This document shows, piece after piece, positions 60,591 through 64,000 of a stretch of DNA of 64,000 nucleotides (its first letter is position 1; every line of letters starts with the position of its first letter). Origin of the DNA: Gammaproteobacteria bacterium (GTDB lineage Bacteria > Pseudomonadota > Gammaproteobacteria > HK1); contig OZ251545.1 of NCBI GenBank assembly GCA_965243335.1, positions 2,030,226 to 2,094,225 on the forward strand. The letters are read 5' to 3'. The translations under genes and the position numbers were made by a program. Under the pieces are notes generated by a model. That model worked only from the letters and a program-made list of their open reading frames with translations. It was not told the origin of the DNA and searched no databases.

Positions 60591-62063
60591 TCACCCTCCG
60601 AGCAGGGCCGCCGCCGCCCGGTGGGCGACGCCGATCGGGAGCGACGGGTCGATCCCGAACCAGACGTTGGCTCCGGCGAGCCCCCACGCCGCCGCGACCA
60701 TCGAGGCCGGCGCCTCCCGGACCGCGGCGGCGGCCGGGGAAGGCGGTCGGAAGTACGCGGACTCGACCATCTTCCACACGTAGGCGACGGCGAGGAGCGA
60801 CGCGGCCAGCATGAGGGCGGCGGCCGGCCACCAGCCCGCCTCGAGGGCCGCCGCGACCAGGTACCACTTGCCGACGAACCCTGCGGTGAGGGGGACCCCG
60901 ATGAGGCTCAGCCCCCCGACCACGAGGGCGGAGGCGGTCCACGGCATGCGCCGTCCGATCCCGGCGAAGTCCTCGATCCGGACCGACCCGATCCGGTACG
61001 CGATGCATCCGAGGCAGACGAACAGCGCGGCCTTCATGAGCGCGTGGTGGAAGAGGTGGATGAGGGCCGCCGCGACCCCCGCGGTCGTGAGAAGGCTCGC
61101 CCCGAGCACGAGGTAGCCGATCTGGGCGACGCTCGAGAAGCCGAGCAGGCGCTTCGCGTCCTCCTGCCGGACGGCGGCGACGGAGGCGGCGGCGATCCCC
61201 GCCGCGCCGGCCAGCGCGAGCAGGAGGGGGATCGGCCCGCCGGCCACGAACTCGAGGCCGAACACCGTGAACAGGAACCGGAGCAGCAGGTAGAGCGACA
61301 CCTTCGTCGCGGCCCCCGCGAGGAATACGGAGACGGCCGACGGAGCGTAGGCGTAGGCGTTCGGCAGCCAGGCATGGAGGGGATAGACGGCGGTCTTCAG
61401 CGCGATGCCGACGGCGAGGAACCCGAACGCGGCGGTGACCGTGCGGTGGGGGCCGAGCCCGGAGAGCCGCTCCGCGAGGTCGGCCATGTTGAGGGTCCCG
61501 GTCACCTGGTAGAGGAGCCCCACCCCGATCAGGAAGAACGTCGCCCCGACGGTGCCGAGCACCAGATAGCGAAACGCCGCGACCAGCGCCTGGCGGCGGG
61601 CCCCGAGGCTGATCAGGACGTACGAGGAGAGCGAGGAGATCTCGAGGAACACGAAGACGTTGAAGGCGTCCGCGGTGACCGCCATCCCGAGCAGGCCGGC
61701 GAGGCAGAGCAGCCACGCGGTGTAGAAGAGGTGGATGCGGTCCGTCTCGACCTCCCGCTCCACGCTCCGGCGCGCGAAGAGGAGCGCGGCCGCGCTCACG
61801 ACGCTCACCACGAGCATCACCCACGCGTTCGTCTCGTCCACCCGGTACTCGATCCCCCACGGCGCCGCCCAGGCGCCGAGGAGGTACGAGGACGGCCCCT
61901 GCGAAAGGACGCCCTGGAGCAGGCTCCAGGCCCCCGCGACCGCGAACAGGCTCGCCGCCATCGCCGCCGTCCAGGCCGCCCGGCTCCACCGCAGCAGCAC
62001 GCAGACCGGGGCCGCGACGAGGGGGACCACCACCTGGAGCGCGGGAAGGTGGGCCGCGATCAT
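60591..62063 (-). CDS. Mrp/Mnh-type antiporter subunit D-like (second paralog)
   Basis: Track ORF of 490 aa. ...HLFYTAWLLCLAGLLGMAVTADAFNVFVFLEISSLSSYVLISLG... Its stop directly abuts the start of the next D-like gene. Confidence 0.85.
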   Translation of the reverse strand: MIAAHLPALQVVVPLVAAPVCVLLRWSRAAWTAAMAASLFAVAGAWSLLQGVLSQGPSSYLLGAWAAPWGIEYRVDETNAWVMLVVSVVSAAALLFARRSVEREVETDRIHLFYTAWLLCLAGLLGMAVTADAFNVFVFLEISSLSSYVLISLGARRQALVAAFRYLVLGTVGATFFLIGVGLLYQVTGTLNMADLAERLSGLGPHRTVTAAFGFLAVGIALKTAVYPLHAWLPNAYAYAPSAVSVFLAGAATKVSLYLLLRFLFTVFGLEFVAGGPIPLLLALAGAAGIAAASVAAVRQEDAKRLLGFSSVAQIGYLVLGASLLTTAGVAAALIHLFHHALMKAALFVCLGCIAYRIGSVRIEDFAGIGRRMPWTASALVVGGLSLIGVPLTAGFVGKWYLVAAALEAGWWPAAALMLAASLLAVAYVWKMVESAYFRPPSPAAAAVREAPASMVAAAWGLAGANVWFGIDPSLPIGVAHRAAAALLGG

Positions 62064-62422
62064 GGAGGGTCGCGGAGGTCGGAGCGGCGGATCTCTTCGT
62101 CCTCGACGGTCGAGTACGCCCGGTGGACGCGCACGATGAGCGCGAGTCCGAGCGCGGTCGTCGCGACCCCGACCACGATCGCGGTCAGGATGAGCACGTG
62201 CGGCAGGGGGTTCGAGTACCGGGTCCAGCCTTCGGCGACGATCGGGGCCGTGCCTCCCGCCATCTTGCCGACGGAGATGAAGAAGAGGAACACCGAGGTC
62301 TGGAAGACGTTGAGCCCGATGACCTTCTTGACGAGGTTGCCGCTCGCCGCGACCGTGTAGAGGCCGGCCATCATCAGGGCCATGACGATCCAGTAGTTGT
62401 AGTGGCCGAGAAACGCTTCCAC
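62060..62422 (-). CDS. Mrp/Mnh antiporter subunit C (NuoK-like)
   Basis: Track ORF of 120 aa. MEAFLGHYNYWIVMALMMAGLYTVAASGNLVKKVIGLNVFQTSVFLFFIS... ATGA overlap with the downstream D-like gene. Confidence 0.85.
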   Translation of the reverse strand: MEAFLGHYNYWIVMALMMAGLYTVAASGNLVKKVIGLNVFQTSVFLFFISVGKMAGGTAPIVAEGWTRYSNPLPHVLILTAIVVGVATTALGLALIVRVHRAYSTVEDEEIRRSDLRDPP

Positions 62423-62440
62423 CGCTCCCCTCCCCCGCCG

Positions 62441-62848
62441 TCAGGACGCGAAGCAGTAGAAGAGGATCGTCATGACCGCGGCCACCGTCACCCCGACCCC
62501 GAACTCGATGAGCAGGATGCCGAGATGCTGGCCGGCCATCGGGTCGGGGAGGAGCACGCCGTAGTCGAGAAACGCGCCGCCGAGGAGCATCCCCGCGACC
62601 CCGACCCCGGCGTAGAGCAGCACCCCGGCGGCCGCGAGGATCCTCACGAGCCCCGCGGGGACCGCGCGGCGCAGCCGGTCGACGCCGAACACGAGCCCGT
62701 AGAGGATGAGGGCCGCGGCGAAGATGACCCCCGCCTGGAACCCTCCCCCCGGCCCGAAGTCGCCGTGGAACTGCACGTACAGTGCGAAGACGAGGATGAG
62801 CGGGATCATCAGCTTCGCGACGACGTGGAGGACGTGGTGGTGGCGCAT
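62441..62848 (-). CDS. Mrp/Mnh antiporter subunit B
   Basis: Internal ATG 62848 of track ORF 62441..63079. MRHHHVLHVVAKLMIPLILVFALYVQFHGDFGPGGGFQAGVIFAAALIL... 135 aa. Confidence 0.8.
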   Translation of the reverse strand: MRHHHVLHVVAKLMIPLILVFALYVQFHGDFGPGGGFQAGVIFAAALILYGLVFGVDRLRRAVPAGLVRILAAAGVLLYAGVGVAGMLLGGAFLDYGVLLPDPMAGQHLGILLIEFGVGVTVAAVMTILFYCFAS

Positions 62849-62853
62849 GGGGA

Positions 62854-63381
62854 TCAGCTCCCGCGGCGGCTCCCGAGGAGCGTGATCGCGCCGACGCCGG
62901 CGGTGAAGATGACGAACACCTCCCCGAGGGTGTCGTAGCCCCGGTAGCTCGCCAGCACCGAGGTGACCGCGTTGGGGATCCCGATCTCCGAGAGCGTCCC
63001 TTCGAGGTAGCGCGGGGCGACGTGGACGTGGACGGGGGCGAGCGGGTCGCCGAAGTACGGCATGTCGAGCGTCCCCCACACGAGGGCGCCGCCGGTGGCG
63101 AGGACGAGCGCGATCCCGAAGCCGCTCGTCCTGGTCGGGGCGATCCGTTCCCGCCCGGTGAGGGCGAGGGCCGCGAGCATGAGGATCGTCGAGATGCCGG
63201 CCCCCACCGCGGCCTCCGTGAACGCGACGTCGACCGCGTCGAGGATCACGAAGATCGCGGCCGTCAGCAGGCTGTAGATCCCGACCAGCATGACCGCCGC
63301 GAACAGGTTGCGAAGGTACAGGACGGCCCCTGCGGTGACCGCGAGCAGCGCGAGGAGGACCGTGTTGATCAGGTATTCCAC
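62854..63381 (-). CDS. DUF4040-type membrane subunit (MrpA C-terminal domain / MbhD-like)
   Basis: Tail of track ORF 62854..63744. Start at GTG 63381 (SD GGAGG). (M)EYLINTVLLALLAVTAGAVLYLRNLFAAVMLVGIYSLLTAAIFVILDAVDVAFTEAAVGAGIST... 175 aa. Confidence 0.75.
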   Translation of the reverse strand: MEYLINTVLLALLAVTAGAVLYLRNLFAAVMLVGIYSLLTAAIFVILDAVDVAFTEAAVGAGISTILMLAALALTGRERIAPTRTSGFGIALVLATGGALVWGTLDMPYFGDPLAPVHVHVAPRYLEGTLSEIGIPNAVTSVLASYRGYDTLGEVFVIFTAGVGAITLLGSRRGS

Positions 63382-63719
63382 GGCGGGTCTACCTCCCCCC
63401 GCGGCCCCGGCCCCCGCGGCTCCGACGCGGCGGGCCGGGCCCCTCCGTGCAGGGCGGCCTTGGCGAGCGCATGGGTGGCGACCGGCCCGGTCAGGAGCAC
63501 GAACAGCAGCACGAGCGCGAGCTTGACGGTCACGCTCCCGAGGTCCGCGAGGAACATGAAGCCGAGGATGAACAGCCCGACCCCGAGGGTGTCGCCGACC
63601 CCGGCCGCGTGGAGGCGGGTGAAGAGATCGGGAAGGCGCACGAGGCCGATCCCCCCCACGACCAGGAAGAACCCGCCCGCGAGGACGAACAGCGCGCTCA
63701 GGAGATCGGTCGCGGCCAC
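63369..63719 (-). CDS. Mrp/Mnh antiporter subunit G
   Basis: Track ORF of 116 aa. MAATDLLSALFVLAGGFFLVVGGIGLVRLPDLFTRLHAAGVGDTLG... 13-nt overlap with the next gene. Confidence 0.8.
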   Translation of the reverse strand: MAATDLLSALFVLAGGFFLVVGGIGLVRLPDLFTRLHAAGVGDTLGVGLFILGFMFLADLGSVTVKLALVLLFVLLTGPVATHALAKAALHGGARPAASEPRGPGPRGEVDPPWNT

Positions 63720-63834
63720 CCCGGCTCGACCTCCGTGCAGGCACTCCCGCGCCCCCCCCGGCCCGGCGCCGTTCCCGGCCCTGCCGAGCCTTCTCCCCGG
63801 CCCGGCCGCCCGGCCCCGCGCCCCCCTCCCCGCC

Positions 63835-64000
63835 TCACGACGCCTCGGACCCCTCGGCCGGCGCCGGAGGGGGATCGCTCCGCCCCGCGTGGCCGAGGTC
63901 CCCGTACTCGAAGAACTTGAGCACCGCCACCGTGCCGATGAAGCTGATGAGGCAGTACACGAGGGAGATGTCGAGGAACTCGGGCCGGCCGGACAGGAAG
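63835..64000 (-). CDS. Mrp/Mnh antiporter subunit F, C-terminal part (5-prime end beyond window)
   Basis: The reverse complement translates to ...FLSGRPEFLDISLVYCLISFIGTVAVLKFFEYGDLGHAGRSDPPPAPAEGSEAS-stop (stop at 63835-63837). The LDI.LVY.L.SF.GT motif is typical of MrpF. Confidence 0.7.
   Translation of the reverse strand, partial: FLSGRPEFLDISLVYCLISFIGTVAVLKFFEYGDLGHAGRSDPPPAPAEGSEAS

Overview
Very GC-rich sequence (about 70% by eye, not computed) from the chromosomal core of a gammaproteobacterium-like genome. Gene order repeatedly matches well-known E. coli/Pseudomonas blocks: uvrY-uvrC-pgsA-tRNA(Gly-Cys-Leu); trxB / ftsK-lolA-rarA-serS; aat-infA; comEC...lpxK-kdsB; lolC-lolD; sdhCDAB-sdhE-ygfZ; rimP-nusA-infB-rbfA-truB-rpsO-pnp; murJ / rpsT; ribF-lspA; rplU-rpmA-obg-proB / ispB; clpB. 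At the left edge is a small aromatic-catabolism cluster (Rieske dioxygenase alpha and beta subunits, an MFS transporter, an extradiol/VOC dioxygenase). At the right edge are two nucleotide-sugar genes and a non-canonically ordered Mrp-type cation/proton antiporter cluster that is cut by the window end. I call about 70 protein genes, 6 tRNAs and 1 degenerate tRNA copy. I found no rRNA, CRISPR array, transposase or integrase. Many long ORFs in the track are alternate-frame artefacts of the high GC content and were not called. Starts that differ from the track were derived by hand from homolog N-termini, SD motifs and 4-nt overlaps (ATGA/GTGA), so they may be wrong by an alternative start codon. 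Most of the window is ordinary housekeeping DNA, and I do not see a clear novel multi-gene system. The unusual signals are mostly non-coding: (1) a modular repeat family shared by the comEC-lpxK and murJ-rpsT intergenic regions, made of a 27-bp-stem palindrome with four compensatory stem changes plus a roughly 80-nt low-GC block; (2) a 184-bp MITE-like insertion with 17-bp perfect terminal inverted repeats and a 10-bp target-site duplication upstream of rpsO; (3) an intact VapB antitoxin followed by a VapC toxin truncated to 40 codons; (4) a CptA/YgfX-like gene and an unknown 135-aa gene chained by GTGA overlaps to tsaB and lolCD; (5) a degenerate tandem copy of tRNA-Leu; (6) a terminator-like hairpin in the rplU leader.
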